Assembly (NCBI RefSeq): GCF_963921235.1
Contig: NC_086109.1
Span: 10,108,001 to 10,172,000, forward strand
Direction: 5' to 3'
Length of the DNA: 64,000 nt
DNA from: Mobula hypostoma
Taxonomy: Eukaryota
How positions within the stretch are numbered: the stretch's first letter is position 1; each line of letters begins with the position of its first letter. The notes under the pieces are model-generated. The model searched no databases. It had not been told where the DNA came from and was given only the letters and a program-made list of their open reading frames with translations. The translations under genes were made by a program, and so were the position numbers. Below, in pieces: positions 50,801-64,000 of the stretch.

Positions 50801-52293
50801 TGTCTATTGTCTATTAACACTGAAGCACTCATATGGAGAAGGATTCAGTTTTGTTTTATCAGTCAGGGTTGAGCTGAACCCCCAGACCTGGAGGACCGGT
50901 GGACCACTCTTAGTCTGGCCTCTGGTCCTTGACCTGTTTGGTATTGGTGACCCTACTAACAGCCAAAGCATAGCTCCCTGAATCCAGCCAACATAGCTCT
51001 CTGGGTCATCGAGGCACACAAGCTTCCAAACCCTATGACAAGCTTATGATCCACTTGGAGGATATCAGTAATGTACATAAGATCAATTTAAGACACTTGT
51101 AGCAGAATAGTTATCTGTTGAATGACAGAAAAAAAACCTTTGTGCTTGGTATAATGTTGACATTATAGACACCATGGAGTCTAATTAAACATAAACTACA
51201 GAACAGCACAGAACAGCAGGGACCCTTCAGCCTGCGAGGTTGTTTCAACTTTTAACCCACTCTATGATCAATCTAATCCTTCCCTCCCACGTAGCTGTCA
51301 TGTAACTTCAAAACATTAAACTAATCCAAACAGAGGCACAGCAGTCCAAAATGCGGGTCTGGCTTCAAGCGAGGTGCCCATGTATCACGTGGTAGTGTAA
51401 TAACGTACGCAAATCGTGCATTTATACATATAATCCGTGATGAATTATTTAAAAGGACAAGAATGCTTAATTAGCCCACATATGTGGGGGTGCGGTGGTT
51501 AGTACAGTTCTGGCAACCCGGATTCGATTCTCTAAAGAGATTGTACGTTCTCCCCGTGACCCTGTGGATTTCCTCTGGGTGCTCTGGACTCCTCCCACAG
51601 TCCAAAAGACATGTGGGTTGGTAGGTTTGTTGTCATTGTAAGTTATCCTGTGATTCAGCTGGGGGTAAATTGGGGGTTGCTAGGCAGCGTGGCTCAAAGG
51701 CCCAAAGGGCCTATTCTGCACTGTACCCAAATAAATAATATATAATTTAAAAGGTTACTCAAATATTACTTAAGTATTAAATATACAACTGCAGCCCTTC
51801 ATTTTTCTATCATCCATGTGCCTATCGAATGGTCTCTTAAATGTCCCTAAGGGTCTAGCCTCTACTGGCACCACTAGCCGCACTTTCCACGCACCTACCA
51901 TAATTGGAAGGAAGATACGAAGATTCATTTCACCCAGAGGGGATTGAGGTTTGGAAAGCACTGTTTGAAGGAATGTAGCGGGCCAAAACCCTCATCAGAT
52001 TTCAGAAGTGTCTGGATGAGATTTTGGTGAAGTTTGACCTACAAGCGAGTGGCAGCCTATTGCAGAGTAAACCGGATAACACAACACAAAGACCGAACCT
52101 GAGACAACCTCAGCCTTTGTTGCACATTACTTTTGAAAAAGGTGCATTTACTTACTAAACAATCAGAATTAACAGGAACAAAAACAACAGGAATTCTGCA
52201 GATGCTGGAAATTCACGCAACACACATCAAAGTTGCTGGTGAACGCAGCAGGCCAGGCAGCATCTCTAGGAAGAGGTACAGTCGACGTTTCAG

Positions 52294-55200
52294 TCGAAAC
52301 AAGTAGCTGAAGAAGTGAGCGGAAGAATTCGGGTCGAAAAAGTCGTTTTTTTTTAAAAACTGCTTGGGGAGAAGGGTCTGCACTGCGCAGGCGCGTGACG
52401 TAGCGCGCCAAGGTTTAAAAAGCAGACCACCATATACAGCGGCCATCGTCGGAGTGGACGGAGTCAGAGTGAGACGGCTTTGGCTCAAACAGGCTTCGGC
52501 GAGAACAGGCAGAGGCCAGGATAGGTTCCGGTAAGTTTTTTGTTCAGATTGTCTAGTGCAGTGAGAATGCCAGGCAGGATGTTGGAATGCTCCTCTTGCA
52601 AGATGTGGGAAGTCAGGGAGCCCTCCGGTGTCCCTGACAACGACACCTGCAAGAAGTGCATCCAGCTGCAGCTCCTGACAAACCACGTTAGGGAACTGGA
52701 GCAGGAGCTGGATGACCTGCGGATCATTCGGGAGAATGAGGAGTTTATAGATAGTAGCTACAGGGAGGTAGTTACGCCAGAGGACAGGAAATTGGGTCAC
52801 TGTCAGGCGAGGGAAGAGGAAAGGGCAGGCAGAGCAGGGTTCCCCTGTGGCCATTCCCCTCAACAACAAGTATACCACATTGGATACCGTTGGGGGGGAT
52901 GACTTACCTGGGACTAGCTGCAGTAGCCAGATTTCTGGCACTGAGTCTGGCTCTGCAGTGCAGAAGGGAGGGGGGAGAAAGAGGAGAGCGGTAGTGATAG
53001 AGGACTCGATAGTTAGACGTACAGATAGGAGGTTCTGTGGTCATGACAGAGAATCCAGGATGGTTTGTTGCCTCCCGGGTGCCAGGGTCAAGGATGTCTC
53101 TGATCGATTGCATGACATTCTGAAGTGGGAGGGTGACCAGCCAGATGTTGTGGTGCACATCGGTACCAATGACATAGCAAGGAAGAGTGAAGAGGTCCTG
53201 GACAGCGAGTATAGAGAGCTTGGTAGGAAGTTGAAAAGCAGGACCTCGAGAGTGGTAATCTCAGGATTGCTACCTGTGCTAGGTGTCAGTGAGGGTAGGA
53301 ATAGGATGCTCTGGAGGAGGAATAAGTGGCTAAGGAACTGGTGTAGGGGGCAGGGTTTCAGATTTCAGGATCATTGGGACCTCTTCTGGGGCAGGTGGGA
53401 CCTGTACAAGAGAGACGGGTTACACTTGAACCACAGGGGGACCAATATCCTTTCAAGGAGGTATGTTAGTGCTATTGGGGAGGCTTTAAACTAGATTTGC
53501 AGGGGGATGGGAACCAGAGTGCCAGAGCTGACAGTGTGGCTGGGGTGAAAATAAATGATATTGAAAGTTTAAGCAAATCCGCTGATAGAAAGGTTGTGAG
53601 TGGTGGTAAAAATCTTCTGAGGTGTATATATTTCAATGCTAGGAGTATTGCGGGGAAGGCGGATGAGTTGAGGGCGTGGATTGACACGTGGAATTATGAT
53701 GTTGCAGCAATTAGTGAAACTTGGCTACAGGAGGGGCAGGACTGGCAGCTTAATATTCCAGGGTTCCGATGTTTCAGATGTGATCGAGGCAGAGGAATGA
53801 AAGGTAGGGGAGTAGCATTGCTTGTTAGGGAAAATATTACAGCAGTGCTCAGGCAGGACAGATTAGAGGGCTTGTCTACTGAGTCCTTATGGGTGGAGCT
53901 GAGAAACAGGAAAGGTATGGCCACATTAGTGGGATTGTATTACAGACCATCCAATAGTCAACGAGACTTGGAAGAGCAAATCTGCAGAGAAATAGCAGGC
54001 AACCGCAGGAAACATAAAGTTGTGGTGGTAGGGGATTTTAATTTTCCATACATTGATTGGGACTCCCATACTGTTAGGGGTCTAGATGGTTTAGAGTTTG
54101 TAAAATGTGGTCAGGAAAGTTTTCTAAATTAATATATAGAGGGACCAACTAGAGGGGATGCAATATTGGATCTCCTGTTAGGAAACAAGTTAGGGCAAGT
54201 GACAGAAGTCTGTGTAGGGGAGCACTTTGGTTCCAGTGATCATAACACCATTAGTTTCAATTTGATCATGGACAAGGATAGATCTGGTCCTAGGGTTGAG
54301 GTTCTGAACTGGAAGAAGGCCAAATTTGAAGAAATGAGAAAGGATCTGAAAAGCGTGGATTGGGACAGGTTGTTCTCTGGCAAAGATGTGATTGGTAGGT
54401 AGGAAGCCTTCAAAGGGGAAATTTTGAGAGTGCAGAGTTTGTATGTTCCTGTCAGGATTAAAGGCAATTGAATAGGAATAAGGAACCTTGGTTCTCAAGG
54501 GATATTGCAACTCTGATAAAGAAGAAGAGGGAGTTGTATGAAATGTATAGGAAACGGGGTAAATCAGGTGCTTGAGGAGTATAAGAAGTGCAAGAAAATA
54601 CTTAAGAAAGAAATCAGGAGGGCAAAAAGAAGACATGAGGTTGCCTTGGCAGTCAAAGTGAAGGATAATTCAAAGAGCTTTTACAAGTATATTAAGAGCA
54701 AAAGGATTGTAAGGGATAAAATTGGTCCTCTTGAAGATCAGAGTGGTCGGCTTTGTGCGGAGCCAAAGGAAATGGGGGAGATCTTAAGTAGGTTTTTTGC
54801 GTCTGTATTTACTAAGGAAGCTGGCATGAAATCTATGGAATTGAGGGAATCAAGTAGTGAGACCATGGAAGCTGTACAGATTGAAAAGGAGGAGGTGCTT
54901 GCTGTCTTGAGGAAAATTAAAGTGGATAAATCCCCGGGACCTGACAGAGTGTTCCCTCGGACCTTGAAGGAGACTGGTGTTGAAATTGCGGGGGCCATGG
55001 CAGAAATATTTAAAATGTCGCTGTCTATGGGTGAAGTGCCGAAGGATTGGAGAGTGGCTCATGTTGTTCCGTTGTTTAAAAAAGGATCGAAAAGTAATCC
55101 GGGAAATTATAGGCCGGTGAGTTTAACGTCAGTAGTAGGTAAGTTATTGGAGGGAGTACTAAGAGACAGAATCTACAAGCATTTGGATAGACAGGGGCTT

Positions 55201-56494
55201 ATTAGGGAGAGTCAACATGGCTTTGTGCGTGGTAGGTCATGTTTGACCAATCTGTTGGAGTTTTTCAAGGAGGTTACCAGGAAAGTGGATGAAGGGAAGG
55301 CCGTGGATATTGTCTACATGGACTTCAGTAAGCCTTTGACAAGGTCCCGCATGGGAGGTTAGTTAGGAAAATTCAGTCGCTAGGTATACATGGAGAGGTG
55401 GTAAATTGGATTACACATTGGCTCGATGGAAGAAGCCAGAGAGTGGTGGTAGAGAATTGCTTCTCTGAGTGGAGGCCTGTGACTAGTGGTGTGCCACAGG
55501 GATCAGTGCTGGGTCCATTGTTATCTGTCATCTATATCAATGATCTGGATGATAATGTGGTAAATTGGATCAGCAAGTTTGCTGATGATACAAAGATTGG
55601 AGGTGTAGTAGACAGTGAGGAAGGTTTTCAGAGCCTGCAGAGGGACTTGGACCAGCTGGAAAAATGGGCTGAAAAATGGCAGATGGAGTTTAATACTGAC
55701 AAGTGTGAGGTATTGCACGTTGGAAGGACAAACCAAGGTAGAACATACAGGGTTAATGGTAAGGCACTGAGGAGTGCAGTGGAACAGAGGGATCTGGGAA
55801 TACAGATACAAAATTCCCTAAAAGTGTCGCCACAGGTAGGTAGGGTTGTAAAGAGAGCTTTTGGTACATTGGCCTTTATTAATCGAAGTATTGAGTATAA
55901 GAGCTGGAATGTTATGATGAGGTTGTATAAGGCATTGGTGAGGCCGAATCTGGAGTATTGTTTTCAGTTTTGGTCACCAAATTACAGGAAGGATATAAAT
56001 AAGGTTGAAAGAGTGCAGAGAAGGTTTACAAGGATGTTGCCGGGACTTGAGAAACTTAGTTACAGAGAAAGGTTGAATAGGTTAGGACTTTATTCCCTGG
56101 AGCGTAGAAGAATGAGGGGAGATTTGATAGAGGAATATAAAATTATGATGGGTATAGATAGAGTGAATGCAAACAGGCTTTTTCCACTGAGGCAAGGGGA
56201 GAAAAAAACCAGAGGACATGGGTTAAGGGTGTGGGGGGAAAGGGAACATTAAGGGCGGCTTCTTCACACAGAGAGTGGTGGGAGTATGGAATGAGCTACC
56301 AGACAAGGTGGTAAATGCAGGTTCTTTTTTAACATTTAAGAATAAATTGGACAGATACATGGATGGGAGGTGTATGGAGGGATATGGTCCGTGTGCAGGT
56401 CAGTGGGACTAGGCAGAAAATGGTTCGGCACAGCCAAGAAGGGTCAAAGGGCCTGTTTCTGTGCTGTAGTTTCTATGGTTCTATGGTTCTATGG
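52294..56494 (+). mobile_element. Full-length CR1, family C, with TSD; both ORFs disrupted
   Basis: 5-bp TSD TTCAG (52289-52293, 56495-56499). ORF1 from ATG 52567 to 53494 has one frameshift, ORF2 has several stops/frameshifts, tail is (TTCTATGG)n. Confidence 0.95.
53485..53491 (+). other. Candidate -1 frameshift slippery site T_TTA_AAC (CR1-C)
   Basis: ORF1 ends GCT TTA AAC TAG. The -1 frame TTT AAA CTA GAT TTG CAG.. is ORF 53497..54132. Confidence 0.7.
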
Positions 56495-58704
56495 TTCAGG
56501 CCGAGACCCTTCGTCAGGACTAACTGAAGGAAGAGTGAGTAAGGGATTTGAAAGTGGGAGGGGGAGGGGGAGATCCAAAGTGATAGGAGAAGACAGGAGG
56601 GGGAGGGATGGAGCCAAGAGCTGGACAGTTGATTGGCAAAAGGGATATGAGAGGATCATGGGACAGAAGGCCTAGGGAGAAAGAAAAGAGGGGGGAACCC
56701 AGAGGATGGGCAAGAGGTATAGTCAGAGGGACAGAGGGAGAAAAAGGAGAGAGAGAGAAAGAATGTGTGTATAAAAATAAATAATGGATGGTGTACGAGG
56801 GGGAGGTGGGACATTAGCGGAAGTTAGAGAATCAACAGGATGCAGTTCCAAGAAAACTGACCCTGCATTATTTTGCTCTGCATTGTCAATGATCAACATT
56901 ATTGCTGCTGTTAATTCATTTAGTTTGTAGAATCAGCCATATAGGGCTACAGCAGTGATGCAGACCTTTGTCCCATTTACACTACTGTGCAAAAGTCTTG
57001 GGCATATACATAGCTAGGGCGTCAAAGACGTTTGCACAGTACTGTATTTGTGAATGAGGGCAGAGAGCTAAATCTGGTGCGAGCAAAAAACGTTGTGAAC
57101 GGCGAGGTTGGGGTGCGTTGGGAGGAGCCTGGGACAGGTGGCAGAGAAGCAATGCCTGAGGCAGGGCGTGGTGCCAGTGCAGACACACCCAACCTTGAGA
57201 CACCAGGCAATGTCATTTGATTCCAAACAATTGCCTTTTGAGAATAGGTTGAGTGAACTGAAGCCTGCATGTAACTACAGGTCAGGGTAAATCAGGGCTT
57301 TGAGCGCAGAAATTGGGATGTTATTTTGAAGATCTATAAGATGTTTGTGAGGCTAAGTTTAGAATATTGTTGCAGTTCTGGTGGCCTACAGTATCTACAG
57401 GAAATCTATCAACAAGCTTGAAAGAATGCTGAGAGATTTTACACCGATATTGCTGGCACTGGAAGACCCAAGTTACAGGGAAAGGTTGAATAGATTAGGA
57501 TTTTATTCCCTAGAGTGCCGGAGAATGAGGGGAGATTTGATAGAAGAATACAAAATTATGAGGGTATAGACAGGGTGAATGCAACCAGGCTTCTCTCCCT
57601 TCAGGTTGGATGATACTAAAGTGAAATCATAGGTTTTGGGTGAAAGTTGAAATATTTAGGGAGAATCTCGGGGTTTTCTTTTACACAGAGGGTGGTGCCA
57701 GTGTGGAATGACCCGCCACCAGAGACAGTAGATGCCCACCGCCTCCTGTAAAGAGTTTGTATGTTCTCCCCTTGACCGCGTGGGTTTCCTCCGGGTGCTG
57801 CGGTTTCCTCCCACAGTCCAAAGACCTCCTGGTCGGTAGGTCAACTGTCCATTGTAAATTGTTCCATGATTAGGCCAGGGTTAAATCGGAAGATTGCTGG
57901 GTGGCGAGGCTCGAAGGGCCCGTTCCACGCTGTATCTCAATCAATCATTAAAGTAAATATATTAATGCAGGTTTAATTGTAAGATTTGTGACACTTTTGA
58001 ATTGGTACAGGATGGGAGTGGTATGGAGGATTATAGTATGGGTGCAGGTAGATGGGACTAGATAGAAAGGGGGGCTGGGATGGACCAGATGGGCTGAAGG
58101 GCCTGTTTCTGTGCTGCATTTCTCTATGACTCCATGTTCATCTTCTAAGGAAGGGCATTTCAGATTTCAACCAGCCTCTAAGCGAAACAAAAATTCTTTT
58201 AAATCCTCCCTAACCCTTTTTCACCTAACTTTAACTCTACGTCTGTTGATTTTAGATAACTCCAGTATGGGGAAGCGTTGTCCATATCCCAATATAAGTT
58301 TGCATAATGTCTTCAGCTTCTCCCTCTGCCTGCTGTGCTCCAAAGAAAATCAACCCAGATTCTCTTCGTAAATGAAATATTTCATCCCAGGCAACATCCT
58401 AGCAAATTTCTTCCACACCTTCCCCCATGCATTCAGTGTTAAGGAATACATGTTAAACTGAGGGCTGCAGCCAAGTGTTAAAACTGTATGCAGATGATGG
58501 ATTATATCATTACAAGTTATTTGCTGTTATTGTATATCATATAACTTCCAGTAATATCTTGTACCGACTAAGATTATTTACAGTGCTGGTATTTCTGGTA
58601 TTTTATTGTGACAACTGACCGATTTTAGTGACAACTGACCAAATTCAAGCAAATTCTGTGTTATGTTGCTCCAAGTCTTAACTAGTTTTATCCCGGCTGA
58701 ACTC

Positions 58705-59461
58705 AGAATGGGCAAAAAATCCCCGCAAGATTATTGTCAGTGCCAAATAGGGTGGTTTGAGCATCTCGAAAACTGCTGTTCTCCCGGAATTTCAGACACA
58801 ACAGTCTCTAGAGTTTACAGAAAATGGTTCAAGAAACTAAAAACATCCATTGAGCGGCAGTCCTGTGGGCAATAATGTCTTGTTAGTGAGAGAGGTCGGA
58901 GGAGAATGGCCAGATTAGTTCTAGCTGACAGGAAGGCGACAGTAACTCAAATAACTGGGCATTGCCACAGTGGTGTGCAGAAGAGCATCTCTGAACACAC
59001 AACACGTCAAAGCTTGAAGTTCGAAGTACATTTATTGTCAAAGTGTGCAACTTTGAAATTTGTCTCCTAACTGGCAGCCATAAAGCAAAGAAACCCATTT
59101 AAAAAAAGACCATCAAGCACCCAATGCGCAGAGAGAGAAAAAAAACAAATCATGCAAACTGTAAACACAAGCAAATAAGAGTCCACAGACCCTTATTTCA
59201 GACAGAGCCAAGTAAGCGTCATGGAACAGCAAGCTGGATTGGCCCGTCCCTCAATCGGGCCCCAACATCCTGACCTTTTCATCTAGCCAGGCATTTAAAT
59301 TGACACCCACTCATTGGGCTCAGTCACCTCAATTTGGCCTGCACCCAACCTTTCCGATTTGGCCTGAAGTGGCTGGACTACAGCAGCAGAAGAGAACAAA
59401 CATACATTCAGTGGTATCTTTATTAGGTACATGAGATATCTAATAAAGTTGCCACTGAGCA
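58705..59461 (+). mobile_element. Second deleted Tc1 copy, interrupted at about 59010-59370
   Basis: Same transposase remnant (TTVSRVYRKW..RRMARLV) and terminal hairpin as 27826-28794. Confidence 0.7.
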
Positions 59462-60423
59462 CAATATCTTTCAGCAATTTATTAGTCACAGTGCTGGCAT
59501 TTTATTCTGACAGCTGCTCAGATTCAATAACCTTCAATCACATAGTTTTACCCCTGTTGTACTCAGTGATAAGATACAGTACTAGAGATAATTATCCCTC
59601 ACTGCTCACAGAAGGCATAGGAACAGTAATGAATTCAAGGATAATTTTCAATATATTCATTAAAAGGATGACATAATTATTATTTCAGACACTATTGGGA
59701 AAGATATGTAATACTTTTTAAAGGAAGGGCTCAGAGAGACTCATTATCCCAATAATTATAGACGGAGATAATAGAGATGTTTTGATTCTATTTTGGAAAT
59801 AGTATGAAAACTCAGTTGAGTCACTGTGAGGTGTGACTTACAATGAATTAAATACATGTATGCCGTGGGCTGATCCCAGAATAAATACATCATCCAATGT
59901 CAAACATTCAAGTGCAAAACTATATTTACTATCTTCTTCCTGACTGGTGACAAATTACTTCATCGTTCACTATGCACAACTTTTCCATTGTGCTGCTGTA
60001 ACAAAAATATTTTGAAACTTGGAAAAAATGATGTTTTTAACATTACAGCTTCATTGATCAGGATGCATAATCCTGGTTGTTAGCACGTTGCTATTCCAAA
60101 GGACAAATGTGTGCTAGACCCCATAGCTAACTGAATTTGTGGCTTTATTAATGCCTTCCACTTGTAGGTCATTTCCAATAAATATATACGGTAACTACTG
60201 GATTGCAGTCATTTGCTCCCATTAGCAACAAGCAAAAGATGTAAAACTTTATTCCATAGTAATTTTTGCCTGTAGATCAAGTTTAGTGTAAATCCAACCA
60301 ATTTTTTTTGCAAGCATAAAGGCCATCACCTGGTTACATATGCCCAGCTTGAGGACATCCCTACCGAAGAGTGAGCTCCCATAATATTATTAAATCAGCA
60401 GTCTGATGGGCATTCTATGATTC

Positions 60424-61965
60424 CATAAGACCATAAGACATCGGAGTGAATTAGGGCACCTGGTCCGTTGAGTCTGCTCTGCTATTCAATCATGGTTGAT
60501 CTTTTTTTTTCTCCTCCTCAAGCCCTGTTCCTGGCTTTCTCCCCATAACCTTAGATGCCATGTCCAATCATGAAACTATCAATCTCTGCCTTAAATACAC
60601 CCAAGGGCCTGGCCTCCACAGCTGCATGTGGCAATAAATTCCACAAATCCGCCACCCTTTGGCTAAAAATATTTCTCCGCATCTCTGTTTTGAAAGGGCG
60701 CCCCTCTATCCTGAGGCTGTGTCCTCTTGTCCCACCATGGCAAACATCCCTTCCACATCTACTCTGTCTAGGCCTTTCAACATTCGAAAGTTTTCAATGA
60801 GATCCCTCCTCATCCTTCTGAATCCCTGCAAGTACAGACCCAGAGCCATCAAACTTTCTTCGTATGATAACCCTTCATTCCCGGAATTATCCTTGTGAAC
60901 CTCCTTTGAACCCTCTCCAATGCCAGCATATCTTTTCTAAGATGAGGGGCCCAAAACTGTTCACAATACTCAAGGTGAAGCCTCACCAGTGCCTTATAAA
61001 GCCTCAACATCACATCCTTGCTCTTGTATTCTTGATCTCTTGAAATGAATGCTAACATTGCATTTGCCTTCCTCACCACTGACACAACCTGCAAGTTAAC
61101 CTTTAGGTTGCTGCACAAGGTCTCCCAAGTCCCCTTGCATCTCAGATTTTTGGATTTTCTCCCCATTTAGAAAATAGTCCGTACATTTATTTCTACAACC
61201 AAAGTGCACGACCATGCATTTTCCAACATTGTATTTCATTTGCCACTTTCTTGCCCATTCTCCTAATCTGTCTAAGTCCTTCTGCATCTTACCTGTTTCC
61301 TCAACACTACCTGCCTCTCCACCAATCTTCGTATCATCTGCAAACTTGGCAACAAAGCCATCTATTACATCATCTAAACCATTTATATACAGCATAAAAA
61401 GAAGTGGCCGCAATACTGACCCCTGCGGAACACCACTAGTCACCGGCAGCCAACCAGTCAAGGATCCTTTTATTCCCACTCGCTGCCTGTTACCAATCAG
61501 GTAATGTTCTAAATATGTAATACCATGGGTTTATACATACAATGTGCCCTATTACTTTCCTGTAATACCATGGGTTCTTATGTGTGGCACCTTGTCAAAG
61601 GCCTTCTGGAAGTCCAAATATACAACATCCACTGCATCCCCTTTATCTATCCTACTGATAATCTCCTCAAAGAATTCCAACAGATTAGTCAGGCAGGATT
61701 TTCCCTGAAGGGAACCATGCTGACTTTGTTCTATCTTGTCCTGTGTCACCAAGTAGTCCATCAGCTCATCCTTAACAATAGACCCTAACATCTTCCCAAT
61801 CACTGAGGCTAACTGGTCTATAATTTCCTTTCTGGTGCCTTCCTCCTTTCTTAAAGAGTGGAGTGACATTTGCACCATGCCAGAGTCCAATGATTTTTGA
61901 AAGATCATTCCTAATGCCACCACAATCTCTAACACTACCTCTTTCAGAACTCTAGAGTACAGTTC
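60424..61965 (-). mobile_element. CR1 RT/3' fragment
   Basis: QHG..CLTNLLEFFE, GVPQGSVL, FADD, LEYCEQFW and a (TCTTATGG)n tail. Confidence 0.88.
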
Positions 61966-64000
61966 CTCTAGTACAAATGACCTAAATCTGTTCCTATATC
62001 TTATGGTATAAATGAGAGAACTAGTTTTATCTCTCTCTCTCTCTGTCTCTGCATTAACTAATTGCTCTTTATTAACCATCTCACATGGTCAGAGGTACTG
62101 TAGAGATACGATGAGTAACACACACAAAATACTAGAGGAACTCGGCAGGTCAGGCGGCATCCATGGAATGGAATAAACAGACGACATTTCTGTCCTGAGT
62201 CCTGATGAAGGGTCTCGTCCCAAAAAGCTGACAGTTTATTCCTTCCTACCAGCTACCTGACCTGCTGAGTTCCTCCAGCACAACATTCCCTCTATTTTTT
62301 TTAAAACAGCTGCACAGACCAATCATTGCTCTAAGCAGGAATTATTTCTTTAAAAACCACAGCCTAAAAACTATGCAGCACTTGAGTAAAATGTTGTATA
62401 GAAGAAAATTCCAGCCGCGCAGCAACAAAGGCTACGAGCATGGGAGCCGCACGCCCACGCAGCTTAGAGGGAATAGCACTCCTGCATCCTGTGTGTGTTT
62501 CTCCGCATTTCCAGCATAGCAGACTCTCCTGCACTTGCCAATGCCATGACTTTTTTTGTGTATTTTCTGACCTATGGGCAAATCGACTTATGGATGTGTG
62601 TCAAAAGTGAAGCTTTTCATTATGAGGATGGTCTGCATTTTGCTTTCTTCTACTTCCCCCACCCCCACCCCCCATCCTGTTTTGCTTCTCCATGCGTGAC
62701 GAACTCTCCAGGTATTCCCACCTAAAACTGACACAAATGAAGAGCTGAGCACATTTTCACAGTCTCTGGCATAAGGATAAGCTCCACATTTGAGCACCAG
62801 GTATATCAAGTGTGGTAAATCCAATGTGGTCTCCGATGCATTCGCCCAATTGTGTGGGAGGGGCAGCAAATGGGGCGAGGGGCTAAATTCACTCTTCTCC
62901 CCTCTTCCATTGAGCAGAAGATACAAAAGCCTGAACAAATGTATCACCAGGCTCAAGGACAGCTTCTACTGCAATGTTATAGAATTACTAAATAGTTCCC
63001 GAGTATGATACATTGGACTATTGACTTCATAATTTTCCTCAATATGATCTTGCACTTTACTGTTTACCTGCATTCTATTCTTTCTGTAACATTTTATTGT
63101 TCTTGCTTTTTGAATTTATTCTGCAATGATATTGTTCTAGACCTTGTTCTACCTCTGGAGCACGTGGCCAAGTGGCTAAGGCAATGGACTAGCTACCTGA
63201 AGGTCGTGAGTTCGAGCCCCAGCCAAGGGAACATGTTGTGTCCTTGAGCAAGGCACTTAATCACACGTTGCTCTGCTGTATGGGTCCTAATGCCCTTCCC
63301 TTGGACAACATTGGTGTCGTGGAGAGGGGAGACTTGCAGCATGGGAAACTGCTGGTCTTCCATACAACCTTGCCCAGGCCTGCGCCCTGGAGAGTGAAGA
63401 CTTTCCAGGTGCAGATCCATGGTCTCGCAAGGCTAACGGATGCCTTTATAAACCTCTAGACATAGTATAGTCATCTGGTCTGTGTGAACAGTATGCAAAG
63501 AAAGTCATTTGCTGTATCTCGGTAGGCGCGTTCATTACGTGTCGTGTCATGACGTGGGTGATGAGGGTCATTCCATGACCAGGATTGTTCTTGGCACCAG
63601 CTGCTCATCCGACCACCCACCTCCTGTTCCCATGGCTTAACAGGACCCTGATCGGTTGGGGAGGGGTGTGCTAACCAGGTGCTACAACTTGCCCGAGGTT
63701 GAGCTGCCAGCTTGTGGAGGAAAGGAGCCCTCTACAACCTCCTTTGGTAGCGACGTATCTCCACCCCGCCACCCATTATCTCGGTAGATGTGATGATAAT
63801 AAACTATTTTCAATTCCAATAGCCTTCTTCATGGCCCCATTTTTATTTAAAAGTTTAGGAAAGGAACTCGAAATCCAAAGCAGGTCCTGTTTTCAGCGCA
63901 CGCATCTGAAAGAAATGAAGAAAGTTTGATCTGCAGCTGTTAGTACTGTTCCAAGCCAGATTGCCCACCAAGTTTTCCACATTAAAATCTTGAAATATCA

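Larger units (their letters stand above)
52183..56832 (-). mobile_element. Penelope pLTR copy split by CR1-C (pieces 52183-52293 and 56495-56832)
   Basis: The two halves rejoin into the same sequence as the 17299-17619 arm. Confidence 0.85.

Noticed and set aside
62790..62860. GKSNVVSDAF, resembling the end of a Gypsy RNase H domain
   Set aside because: Too short and degenerate to support a call.
1..64000. CRISPR arrays, prokaryotic operons, rRNA or true tRNA genes
   Set aside because: None seen. The sequence is intron-containing vertebrate DNA and its short repeats are LINE tails or microsatellites.

Overview
Eukaryotic, repeat-saturated vertebrate DNA. The repeat set (V-SINEs, several esterase-type CR1 LINE families, Rex1/Babar, Penelope-like elements) suggests a cartilaginous fish, probably a ray; this is inference only. 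The one host gene I can support is the 3' end of a hyaluronidase (SPAM1/HYAL4-like) on +: a 90-bp exon (2610-2699) and a terminal exon (4574-4867). The rest is mostly nested transposable elements. These include two near full-length CR1s (9655-14100 -, 52294-56494 +), a 5'-truncated CR1 (44450-47800 +) and a CR1 with an intact ORF2 (35281-38184 -). There are also Rex1/Babar, RTE, Gypsy/solo-LTR, Tc1 and Harbinger-like pieces and several SINE families. Two signals stand out. (1) All three diverged CR1 families end ORF1 with the slippery heptamer T_TTA_AAC immediately before the stop codon. Their ORF2 lies in the -1 frame with no AUG before the endonuclease domain, which points to -1 programmed ribosomal frameshifting making an ORF1-ORF2 fusion protein. 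(2) Penelope-derived fold-back mini-elements carry minimal hammerhead ribozymes and target-site duplications (TSDs), and one ribozyme is split in its core by a CR1 insertion. Boundaries of old repeats are approximate.
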